A DNA stretch of 63,082 nucleotides, filler included, from Octopus bimaculoides (lineage: Eukaryota): assembly GCF_001194135.2 (NCBI RefSeq). It is 6 parts of 5 records of this genome, joined end to end, with 100 filler letters (N's around TTAATTAATTAA, not from the genome) between each part and the next. Parts side by side here need not be neighbours in the genome. Positions count along the whole stretch, not along the records: positions 11,331 to 32,781 come from NC_068999.1; 5 more parts are not named here. One strand, written 5' to 3'. Below, in pieces: positions 11,345 through 22,329 of this stretch. Position 1 is the first letter of the stretch, and each line of letters starts with the position of its first letter. The position numbers and the translations under genes were made by a program. The notes below the pieces were generated by a model, which did not search any database, had not been told where the DNA came from, and saw only the letters and a list, made by a program, of their open reading frames with translations.

Positions 11345-12271
11345 ATAATCAGAAATGTCATTTAACTCTACTAAGTGACTCGATGCATTGTCTAAAAGAA
11401 GCAATTCTGTGTTGGAAATGTTTGAAATTATCTTTCTACAACAGGACAAAATCACTTGTAAACCACTCTTTGAAAAGGCTCTTAGTCATCCAAACCTTCA
11501 TATTTGAACGCCAAATCAGAGGTAGATTAGACGTTGTGTAACTCTTGAAAGCTCTTGGATTTTCAGAGTGATACACGAGTAGGGGATTAAATTTCATATT
11601 ACCAGCAGCATTTTCTTCGAAAAAAAGTGACACAATTTTTGGAAGCTTTAAATCCTTTTCGAGAAATAAAGCAGGCATGCGCTTCCAAAGAAGTGCAGTT
11701 TCATCAGCATTGTGTACTTGCTCTGACATATAGCCCCTTCAGTAATCCTTTTCTTCAGCTGATCAGAATAATTAGTAGCAGCCTGTGTATGAGCGCTTGC
11801 AGTTTTTATGTTGTGCAAATTTATGCAAACCAGCCTTTATTAGCCCAAAAGGGTTTTTTCATAAGTTTCACATTCCTTTTTTTGTAAATCATCCTATCAA
11901 CTTCTGGCTTTAAAAAATAATTTTAAAAGGTACCATTATGTTTATAGACACATTACGCCGATTCTTATCCTCGATTCACATATTCAAGAGTTGCTCTATT
12001 TTAAACATTATATTACAAGAATCCGGTTAGTTAAAATAAGGTCCTGACAATTAACGGAGTAGCTTCTTGAGTACTTGACAATTTTCTCTTTGTTGTCATG
12101 CATTTTTCTCACTGTAGACGTTGCAAAATTTAATGTTTTGGCAATATGACTAAGCTTTTCTCTCGCATCAAGTTGTTTTAAAATATCGAGTTTAATGTCC
12201 AGTGTAATCCCTAAACGGTTTCTTTTCATTTTACAGCCTTCGGTTCTATTTGATATCTTCTTTCCAGACAT
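11345..12271 (-). mobile_element. Tigger/pogo (CENP-B-like HTH + DDE_1) transposase pseudogene
   Basis: N-terminal psq-type HTH (ITLDIKLDILKQLDAREKLSHIAKTLNFATSTV), F.ANKGWF, QVHNADETALLWKRMP, NAAGNMKFNPLLVYHSENPRAFK, WMTKSLFKEWF and LLLLDNASSH; contains frameshifts and stops and is cut by the spacer. Confidence 0.92.
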
Positions 12272-12277
12272 CTTAAA

Positions 12278-13790
12278 TTGAAGGTGAATTCAACAGCAGC
12301 GGCGATTAATTACAAAGTAGCTCTCAGTAGTTTTGCTAACAATAAATCTCCAGGACTCGATAACATACCAACATTACTGTGGAAAGATCCAATATTTTAT
12401 GAAACCTTACTAAGTTTCTGCAACGACACATATGCACATCATTTGCCTCCATCAGCTTGGTTGAAGGATGGAACTGTGCCTGTCCCCAAAAGGGTGATCT
12501 AACAAGTGCAGCAAATTATAGAGGCATTACTTTGATACCAATTGCAGCAAAAGTTTATAACAGACTTCTGCTTAATAGGATTGTACCTATGCACGTTCCA
12601 CTTCTTTGTAAGAATCAGAATGAATCTAGAAGGGGCCGGCCAACAACTGCTCAAATCCTCTCCATCTGTCGTATACTGGAAGAAATGAAAATGTTTAACA
12701 AGAGCGTCACAATCTGTTTTGTCGACTTTCGCAAAGCATTTGATTCCATCAGCAGAGATCTTATGTTTAAAATCCTTGCATTCTATGGGATTCCTCCCAG
12801 GATTGTCGATGCTATCAGAGCGCTGTACACAAACACCACTATCACAGTTGTATCTCCTGATAGAGAGATTGATTTCTTTGAAGTTGAAGCAAGTGTTCTG
12901 TAGGGTGACACACTCGCTCCTTTCTTGCTCATCATTGTTCTCGACTACCTAGATGGTATGGAGGAAAGGGGACTCCTTTTGAAACTCCGCCAGAGCAGCC
13001 GGCATTGTGTGCAATATTTAACTGATCTTGACTTTGCTGACGATCTTGCCTTGATATTCCGTTGTATTAAAGATGCAGAATCTTTGTTACAAGTACTGGA
13101 GAAAGCAGCAAACCAGGTCGGCCTTTACTGCCACGAGAGTAAGACAGAGTTTATCACGACCTCCTCCAAGTTAACTGAACTTAAATCACTCAATAACATA
13201 TCAATCAAAAACGTTGACGACTTCAAATATCTTGGATTACACATAGTAGACTCCCAAAAAGACTTTCGCATCCGCAAAGCTCTTGCTTGGGATGCATGAA
13301 ACAGACTTGATAAGATCTGGCACTAAAACCTTCCACCCATGTTAAAAATTAAGATATTTGGAACACTGATTGAGCTGGTCCTTCTCTATGGATCAGAGAC
13401 CTGGACCTTATCGGTTTATCTTTAAAAAACAACTAGATGGAATATATACCAACCTGCTCAGAAAGATACAGAACGACAGTTGGAGATCACACCCAACACT
13501 TAGTAACATCTACGGAAATCTGATACCAATATCCTTCAAGTTAAAGCAGAAACGGCCACAATTTGCTGGTCAGTGTCATCAAGTAGAAAAAGAGGTTATG
13601 TCGTGTCTGCTTCTATGGCATCCTTCTGGAAGTGTTTTCTCCAGGAAACTGACATTTCCAGATACTATATCTCGGGACTCAGGGCTGGATATTAGAGATC
13701 TGAACACAGCAATGCAGGATTGTGTAATGCAGAAAGGTATTGTCAATGGAGTTCTGACCAACCTATGGTTGGTCGAAGGATGATGATGAG
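12278..13790 (+). mobile_element. 5'-truncated non-LTR retrotransposon (RTE/RTEX-like) reverse transcriptase pseudogene
   Basis: KSPGLDNIP, NYRGITLIPIAAKVYNRLLLNRI, FVDFRKAFDSI, (Q)GDTLAPFLLIIVLDY, DLDFADDLAL, FKYLG and LLYGSETWTL motifs; ends in a gatgatgatga tail; several stops and frameshifts. Confidence 0.93.
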
Positions 13791-13957
13791 TAAAAAAAAT
13801 TGGTCCGGGATAGAGCTGTTTTGTGAGAACGGAAAGTTGTCTTATTCCTATGAATGTAATAATGAAATGAAATAGATAAGAGAAGGACTGAGGAAGAGAA
13901 ACTTCTCAATGATCACACCTAGCTGAAGGGTCACCATACACTTCTGACTGAAGACAT

Positions 13958-14013
<56 letters not shown>

Positions 14014-14238
14014 ATCCCACGCATGTGTTGGCATACATGCTAATATCTGTTGTAGCCAGTTGGATTCAAAAGTTGGTGGGTTGATAGTGGGGATGACATA
14101 GGTTGCATTGGTTTAGGTGATAGTGATGTTGGGCAGGTATTATTTGTGGTAGACATATTGTTCTTGTTAATTGTATTGTTTTGGATCAATCCTCATAGAA
14201 CTATGATCAAAGAATACACTAGAATACCACCTTTCTGT

Positions 14239-17200
14239 CAGTGTTGCCAACTTAAAATCACAATTATATGCTAAATTTCAGTAGAAAAAAATATCAAAAA
14301 ATGCTAAATAAGAAAAAAGAAATGTTAAAGACTAATTATATAAAAAAGCTTAATTTTTATTCACTTTAATTATATTCAGCATTGAGAATTAATTTCTTGA
14401 ATTTCACTGATTTGATCACTTTCAGCTGCAGTGCCTAGGTCTTGACTTCTGTATACATTCAAGGTCCCAATCTTGTTAATTGTGTGTTTTGGAATATCAA
14501 AGTTTTTGCAACATTTGTCATATCTTTTCAGGCCATATTTTATAGACAGTATTAATCTAAACAGGAAGATACATTTTGTTTTTCAATTTTGATTACACCT
14601 ATACTACTGGACAACCGTTCATCTTCTACATTTGAGTTTGGCAATGTTAATAGATTAATGGCAAAATTTGCAACATCTTTAAAAGAATTTCCTCTAGTAG
14701 CAGCTTTATATTCCAAGACTTCCCGCCAGAATACCTCAGTATTAGACGTATTTGTCTATTTAACTACATGTATGCTATTAAACTGAATTTCAATTGAAGC
14801 AATTTTTTCTTCATTTAAATGCATTGCTTCTAAGATAGGTAAAATTGGCTCTTTGAAATGCTGCAAAATATTCTCTACTGAAAAACATTTGCTATTCCTC
14901 AGTATATTAATATTTTCTGGCAAACTGTGCTTGAGCTCTTTATAAAGGCAGAGTAAAAATTGTGCTCTTTTGCGAATATTTTCTTCGGTGGCTGTTACAG
15001 TCTTCTTGATAATCATTTTTGTTATCTTTCTCTCGAACCTGTAGCCTAAATTTTGTTTAGGATCCCAAAATGTTTCAATAGAAGCATCGGGATCAAGAGG
15101 ATCAATTCAAGAGGATCAATTCTACATGTTAGCAACACTATCATATTAGCAACAGATTTGATCAAATTTGAAAGATCTTCAAGTAATTTTGTTTTGTCGA
15201 CAGTGTTTGATTCAAACAGTTTATTCACTTCCTGAACATGTTTTAAAATTGGATACAAAAATAAAAAGTAAAGTTCATTCCTAGAATCACAAAACATTTC
15301 CTAGAATTACAAAACATTTGTGCTGTAAAGCATTTTTTTTTTGGAGTTGTAGTTTGGAAGTGAGTTTGCAATTCAAACCATTGGCTTAAAATTCTATTTA
15401 CAGTTGGTTCTATTGACAGCCACCTAGTTGCATAAGAATTCATAATCTTCAAAGCTTCTTTATCATTGATAGTAAGGTAAAGTTGTTTGTAGGCACTTTG
15501 CCTTGTTGAAGTATGAGAGAACCATTTATAAGTTTTGGATACTAAAAATTCTAAATTTACAGGCAGGCATTCAGCACATGTGTGGGATACTGCCAACTGT
15601 AAAGAATGACATACACATCTCAATATTGGGTTGGCAACTAACTTCCCGCCAGTTTTTTAAATTTTGGAATTTATTGCGTTTTAAAATTTTGGAATCTATT
15701 TTTTTTCTAGTTAATTTTAGTTAATTTTTGTTTATTTTTCAGATCATTAAAATGGAATGTCAAGTTAAGAAAAACGAACATTTTCGACTCTTTCTTTTTG
15801 CTTTTAATCAAGGTACTAAGGCCGCAAAACCTGCTCGCGACATTTGTGCTGTACATGGAGAGAGTGCCATAGCTGAAAGAACCGCTCGTGATTGGTATGC
15901 CAAGTTCAAAATGGAAATTTTGACCTCAAAGACGCACCTCGTTCTGGCCGTCCAGTTGAGTTCGGTGAAGAGCGATTAAACCAACTTTTGCACGAAAATT
16001 CTTGTCAAAGGACAAGGGAACTAGCAGAGAAAATGGAATGCTCTCACACTGCTATAGAGAAGCATTTTCACTCGATGGGAAAGGTTCAGAAGTATGGAGA
16101 ATGGGTTCGGCATGCTTTAAGTGACAACAACAAAAATCAACAAGCCACAATCTCCGCTAGTTTGCTTGCTCATCACTGCTCAATTCATGGACATAAGCAA
16201 CGATTTCTTTACCGAATCGTTAGTGGCGATGAAAAATGGTGCCTGTACATCAATATGAAGCAGCATAAGGAATGGCCTAGCCCCGGTAAACAAGCGACAC
16301 CGCGCGTGAAACAAGATCTTCATACGCGTAAAACGATGTTGTGCGTATGGTAGGACTGGGAAGGGATTATCCATTACGAATTGCTTGAACGAAACCAAAC
16401 GGTCAACGTGGAACTCTATGTTCAACAGATGGAACGACTAAACACGGTTATTCAAGAGAAAAGACCTAATCGGCAGCATGGAGTTCTTCTGCTGCACGAC
16501 AACGCCCTCCCTCATATCGCCAATATGACCAAGGAAGCCATTCAAACGCATGGCTGGGAAGTGCTGCCACATCCGCCGTACTCTCTTGATTTGGCACCAA
16601 CGGATTTCCACCTCTTTCGAACTCTTTCAAATGCTATGCGCGGAGTTTCGTTCAATACTGATGCAGAATTGAGAGCTTGGATCAATTTTTCGAGTCGAAA
16701 TCTGGTGATTTCTACCAACGAGGTATTGAGAATCTTGTTGAACGTTGGGAAGAAGTTGTAAACAGCAAGGGTGAATACATTATTGATTAATTAGTTGTTA
16801 TTTTTTATTAAACCTTTTAAAAAATTAAAAAAAAAACGGCGGTAACTTAGTTACCAACCCAATAGAATTGATGATAAAACTTCTTTTAATTTCTGGAAAA
16901 CACCATTGTTGATTCGATGTCATTACTCTAGCATTGTCAGTACCTATACCCAATATATTTTTTTTATATCGAATTTCTTTTTCGCTAATTCACTTTTTAA
17001 GGCATCTACAATGCCATCTGCATCACATGTTTCTAAAGGTACATTCAGCACAAGTGTGGGATAATGCCAACTGTAAAGAATGACATACACATCTAAATAG
17101 AAGTAATGATGGAACTTTTTTTAATTTCTGGTAAACACCATTGTTGACTCCTGTCATTATTCTAGCATTGTCAGTTCCTATACCCAGTAAATTTTTTATA

Positions 17201-18711
17201 GCTAATTTCTTTGCTAATTCAATTTTTAAGGCATCTACAATGCCATCTGCATCACATGTTTCTAAAGATACCATACTGATATATGTATGTACCACTTTTT
17301 TGTGAGTGTCACTGTAATATATGATAACAATTCCTAACAACTTGTTTATCGATATATCATTGGATTCACCTAATAACAGGCTAAATTTTCTATCTCCTAT
17401 ATCAGAAATCAAATCTCCATCAAAATATGGAGCTACAACATTTCTCACAATATTTTCACATTTTGTACGATGCACCTTCACTTTGGACATAATATGATTC
17501 ACTATCAGACATATAATTCTTACACAACTCTATTAAGTGATCACAGTCATTAAATGATAAGTGGCAACAAATAAACATTACTAAATTTTCTTCAAGCATA
17601 GATGTCTTATCATTTTTGGCTTTAATAAAATTGGTAAAATTGCTGTAGAGTTGATGCCTTATGTTTCTTTGCTTCACAGTGGCTTACTAAAAGAGAATAT
17701 TTTGCTAACATATGACATCTACAATATCTGCAATGTGCTTTAGATTGGTCACTAGGTACTTCACACAACCACTTAGTAAACGCTAGCATCTTAAGTCATT
17801 CCTTTCGGAATTTTTGCTGGTATAACCTTGTTTTTTATTTGCTCATTATGATGTAGTAGGAAGCAAGAAAATAAATTGAATGATTAATAAAAATATAAAA
17901 TTGAAAATACAATTTATCAGTTTGCCATTAATAATTCTTTCATTCGCCGTTAACAATTCTTGTGTTCGCTGCCTACAAATTCTTGAGGTGAAGAATACTG
18001 ATTCAGGTTGCTGGGTAGCCAACTCATAAATGGAAAAGTAAAATCTGCAGAAATACTAGAACTATGTTCTGATATAAACCTGGGAACATCATATTTCACT
18101 TCCAATCTTATATTTAATATCTATTGGTAAAACCACAAATATAACTACAATACTTGAAAAAAAAAAAGTAAGCAGAAATATAAGCTGAAAGTAAATCAGT
18201 AAACCTGTCATGATAAAAACTCATCATTACAGAATAAAGCATTGCTAGGATGAATTTCCATGCTTTCATTCTTTGCAACAGATTTACATTATTGTGTAGT
18301 GAGTTCAGGTGCTGACATGAGTTATCTCCCCCCTCCCATCCCACAAGCACCACTCTGTATCCAAGTGCGGGCGGGGAGGTATGGGTGTGTGGAAAATTTC
18401 ATAACTTGATAAATTTCCTTTGGATAACTTACATTTGAAGTTTCATGAAAGTTAAAGAAAAATTCAACAATAGCCAATAGTACTAAAATTTGGCTGTAAA
18501 ATACTTTAACGAAAGTAGAAAAGGAGGAAAAAAGAAAAAAGTGTAACTATTGTGGAAATGTCATGATCAGAGAAAAATGCTAAAAATAATGCTAGATAAT
18601 ATTTTAAACCTGCTATTTTCCCTGCTAAATGCTAGATTCAAATATTTTCTGCTAAATGCTGAAAAAAAAAATGCTAGATCTAGCATAAAATATGCTAAAT
18701 TGGCAACCCTC
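14239..18711 (-). mobile_element. hAT DNA transposon (degenerate, interrupted by a mariner)
   Basis: Imperfect TIRs cagtgttgccaa (14239-14250) and ttggcaaccctc (18700-18711); subterminal (A)TGCTA repeats at both ends. Transposase remnants: BED finger KAHCRYC...H...KKH (~17660-17800), SLLLGESNDIS, GIGTDNARIMTG, RCVCHSLQLA and ATRWLSI. No TSD found. Confidence 0.88.
15626..16862 (+). mobile_element. Full-length mariner (DD34D) transposon with TIRs and TA TSD; transposase inactivated
   Basis: TIRs ttgggttggcaactaacttcccgcc / ggcggtaacttagttaccaacccaa, flanked by TA at 15624-25 and 16863-64. Motifs APRSGRP, WVRHAL, GDEKWC, LHDNALPH and HPPYSLDLAPTDF. One 5' frameshift and a stop at 16351-16353. 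Confidence 0.96.
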
Positions 18712-18735
18712 TGTTGGTGATCGTGCTGGTGTTGA

Positions 18736-18742
18736 GACACAC

Positions 18743-18841
<99 letters not shown>

Positions 18842-18935
18842 CATACATGTATACACACATGCACATATACACACATACAGACATATATACATACATACAT
18901 GCTTACATACATTATGCACATCAGTGTGCATGTAT
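18736..18935. repeat. (CA)n and (CATA)n microsatellite
   Basis: Direct reading. Confidence 0.95.
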
Positions 18936-19399
18936 GTGTGTAACGCGATGCTAGTTTTCTCAAATCGTTAACTATTTACTTTGATCTTAACTAAAACACA
19001 AATGGCCACTGAATTAAGAAGTAAGTGCAGTTTAAATTAACAGTTTAAAAGTACGTAGTACGAGTTACTGTAAGAGCGAAATGACAGACCGTACCCCGAA
19101 ATTAATGATTTATTTGACAATTTTCGCGCGAAATCCTGTAACCTGAGGTGGCCGTAACATGGGGATGCCTGTACTTATGAGATAACGAGTTGCTCTCCAA
19201 GAAATAGCAGTCAAATCTCACTCAAACATACCTTCCTGTCACAAAAGTGGAGGCATATCTATCTTGGATAATATATTCCTTGGTGTAATACGACTTTAAG
19301 AAGCAAAATGATAACGGGTGGAACGCTTTTGATCACAGATTTGTATTGAGAGTATGGGAATCAGTGTGCTTTGTTATTTCTTGGAGAACCCAGCATTTG

Positions 19400-20200
19400 T
19401 AGGTTTTTATGTAAATTTGTTGCTTACCTATGATAATAGATATATATATGAAAATCTATAGTCCAAATGTAAGAGCCGTAAGTTTCTTCTTAGTTCTCCA
19501 TCCATGTTATTCTTTCCCCATATTTTTTTTCGAGAAATGCATATCCATCGGTGACTTGATCTCCACAGCAGTACATGACTTTTAGAATACCTGGCGCATA
19601 TGTTCTTACACAGAGGTGCTGTTTTATTGGAATGTTCCACGGGTATTGTTTATTTTTGAAGGTGCGGATATATTTTGATTCTGGTGTGCCTTTAAACATC
19701 AGTATAATTCTGCCAGTGAAAAGCATCGTAATTAGTTTTACCAGCATTGTCAAATCTAATGGAAATTTACTACTTTGCAGACATTTTTGAATGACTGATG
19801 ATAATGCGGATGGTATTTTCCAATCAGGTACACTGGTGTGACACAATCGCCATTTTCCATTATAACATGGAGGTTCAAAGGTATTCTTATTGCTCTTGTT
19901 GATCAAGTATTTAGCAGCTATCCAGGGACCTGGATTGCAAAGCCATAGCCTTTTAGGTGCGATGTGACGCATCTATCACGTCTTAGAGATGCTACTATTC
20001 CTGTTAATACTGATGGCATTCTCTTGCGTGTGGGATATGTGCTAGTGCGTAATTTTCTACTAAGATAATGAGTGTTTCACCTCTAAGCTTCTGTTGAAGC
20101 TGCTTAGTCAATTATCCTTGGTTCACATGGAACAGTTGTATACTCTGAGCATCTTTTCATGAGTATTTCGACTAATCTCATATTATTTTCGCTGCTGAGT
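19400..20200 (-). mobile_element. Dong/R4-like (restriction-like endonuclease) non-LTR retrotransposon, 3' remnant
   Basis: Across frameshifts: VTSHLKGYGFAIQ, AKYLINK, KWRLCHTS (CCHC knuckle), IISHSKMS, KQYPWNIPIK, EIKSPMD and GELRRNLRLLHLDYRF...IIG. This order matches the R4/Dong ORF C-terminus. The 160-aa ORF is a mosaic of these frames. Confidence 0.72.
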
Positions 20201-20307
20201 GTAAACTCATTTCTCCTCCTATGTGTGTGCGTGCGTGTGTGTGTATACGCGCGTGTGTGTGTATACGCGCGTGTGTGTGTATACGCACACACACACACGC
20301 GCGCACA

Positions 20308-20353
<46 letters not shown>

Positions 20354-21884
20354 AGTTAATAGCGCCTTTAAACACTGTCATCGGTGAGCTTGCTGTTTCT
20401 TTCAGTGAGACAAAAGAAAATGATTAATCAGAAATTCAAGCCATTATTTGCTCAAGCTTTCTATTATTTATTTGTATAATTCATTCACTTCCTAATGATC
20501 CGAAAGTTGAGGGAAACCGTATAGGTCAGTGCTTACCTTCACGAACTTGTCTAAGTCCCACTATGTTAAATAGATCGCAACCATGTTTCTCCTCTACCCC
20601 CGTAACACCCACCTACGCTTCCCTATACAATGCACACGTATACATTGTTTTCCCGCTCTTAAGGGTGAAAGAGAAATGAGTCTCCCCAGCCTACCTATTC
20701 TCCCTTGAAGAAGTTCATGTAGTAGACAAACATGATGTAATAACTCCATCAATTATTCACCAACACAAAACAGTACTTCAATTTGACTGACGGACTGATG
20801 TGAGGTAGAGAGCACACGCTCATACTCTCTCTTTCTTTCCTTCCTTCCTCTTCCCGTTTGTCTGCTACATGCTAGGTCTTGTAAGCCAACCACCACTATA
20901 ATGTTGTACTGTACAATACCAGTCTATCAACATTATTGTGTTGATGTCGGAATTAACACAAAATAAAAGAATGATGTTTGAATTATAAATGGTAACTGGT
21001 CCGACAAGCGAGAGTGTCATTGTCGATAAATATGTTAGACCTGTTACTCGCTCGGATTTCTGATTGGAAAGTTCCCTAACCACATTAATATTCATCACCC
21101 ATTAGAAACACTGAAAGCATTTTTTTTTATGTCAGTCTTTTTAAACAAGCAAACCTATTTTTATTCCATGAAATCAATTCATTAAAATTTGATTTAGGGC
21201 TTTCGTATAGCAGTATTTACGTTATTGATATAATGCAGTCAATAATCTGTGAAAACCCCGACCATTTCCCCTACCCTCACTATTAATCATCAATAGTCAA
21301 CACGTATTTATTCATATATTCGACGTGATGAAGAGGGAAGCTTTGTTAAAGTAGAAGCAGTAGAGAGGTTTCAGCTCTAGGATGAAGATAATTCATTTAC
21401 ATGCCACTGTTAATGTTTTAGCATATATTTGATGGAGTTACTAAAATGAGAAATAAATCTTACCCCTCGACAAGACACCAATTTACGGGAGATATCCAGA
21501 AGATCTGTTCTCGACAGGCAGGTGAAGCAAAGTCTATGGAATTATGTGTACAATATGTATACTACCCAAATAGAAAATGAAATGTCTGCAGTGGATCTGA
21601 TCTAAAGATTAATGAGTTAGTGGTTCAGTATTTCATTTTCTCTCGACTTAAATCTTTAATAGGTTAAAAGTTATATAGTCAAAATAAAGAATAAGAAAAA
21701 AAATTATTAATTAACAATTACAAAACGATGAACACGATTCAATGTTTTAGATATATTTTTCTTTTGAGAAAAATTTTTGGTTTATCTGACACCTGGTTTT
21801 TCTAGTTTTTGCTTGTTTTGATCTTTCAATGAGAATCTTAGTGAAAAAAAGGGGGAAAAATATGAATAGTAATCTCCAAAACTA

Positions 21885-22090
21885 GTTCCAAATTTTGGAA
21901 CAGGGGCAGCAATTTCGGAAGATGGGCTAAGTTAATTAGCTCGACGGTAGTGCTCAACTGATGCTTATTTTATTGACCCCAAATGGCAAAGTCAATCCCG
22001 CGGAATTCGAATTCAGAACGTAAAGACGGACGAAATGCCGCTAGAAACTTTGCTCGGCGTGTTAGCGATTCTGCCAGGACGCCACCTTAG
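21885..22090 (-). mobile_element. SINE family 2 copy
   Basis: ttttattgacccc...ggcaaagtcaatcccgcggaattcgaattcagaacgtaaagacggacgaaatgccgcta. Confidence 0.8.
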
Positions 22091-22329
22091 TAATCCTCAA
22101 TCTATATCAATGTTAACATCAATATGAGATAAAAAAACTAAAAAAACTCCGTGTCAACTCTCGAACGGTTATAAACCTTTAGTCACATATTCTTCGGTAG
22201 GTAATTCACGATATTAGGCAGTCTGCGCGTGAAGACAAGAATGACTGCACTAATTCGTTGTGGCATAAGTTTCGGATGGGTCTCGATGTAAACCATCGTT
22301 ATTAAATTAACATTTATAGTTATCGAAGA

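Noticed and set aside
19422-19431. Splice donor (TAG|GTAAGC) suggesting a host exon on the minus strand
   Set aside because: All three frames stop within ~70 nt upstream of or at the donor, and the region is explained as a Dong/R4 LINE remnant.
20530-20700. Possible minus-strand exon ending at AAG|GTAAGC (~20538)
   Set aside because: All three frames contain stops between the candidate acceptor and the donor; a non-coding exon cannot be excluded.
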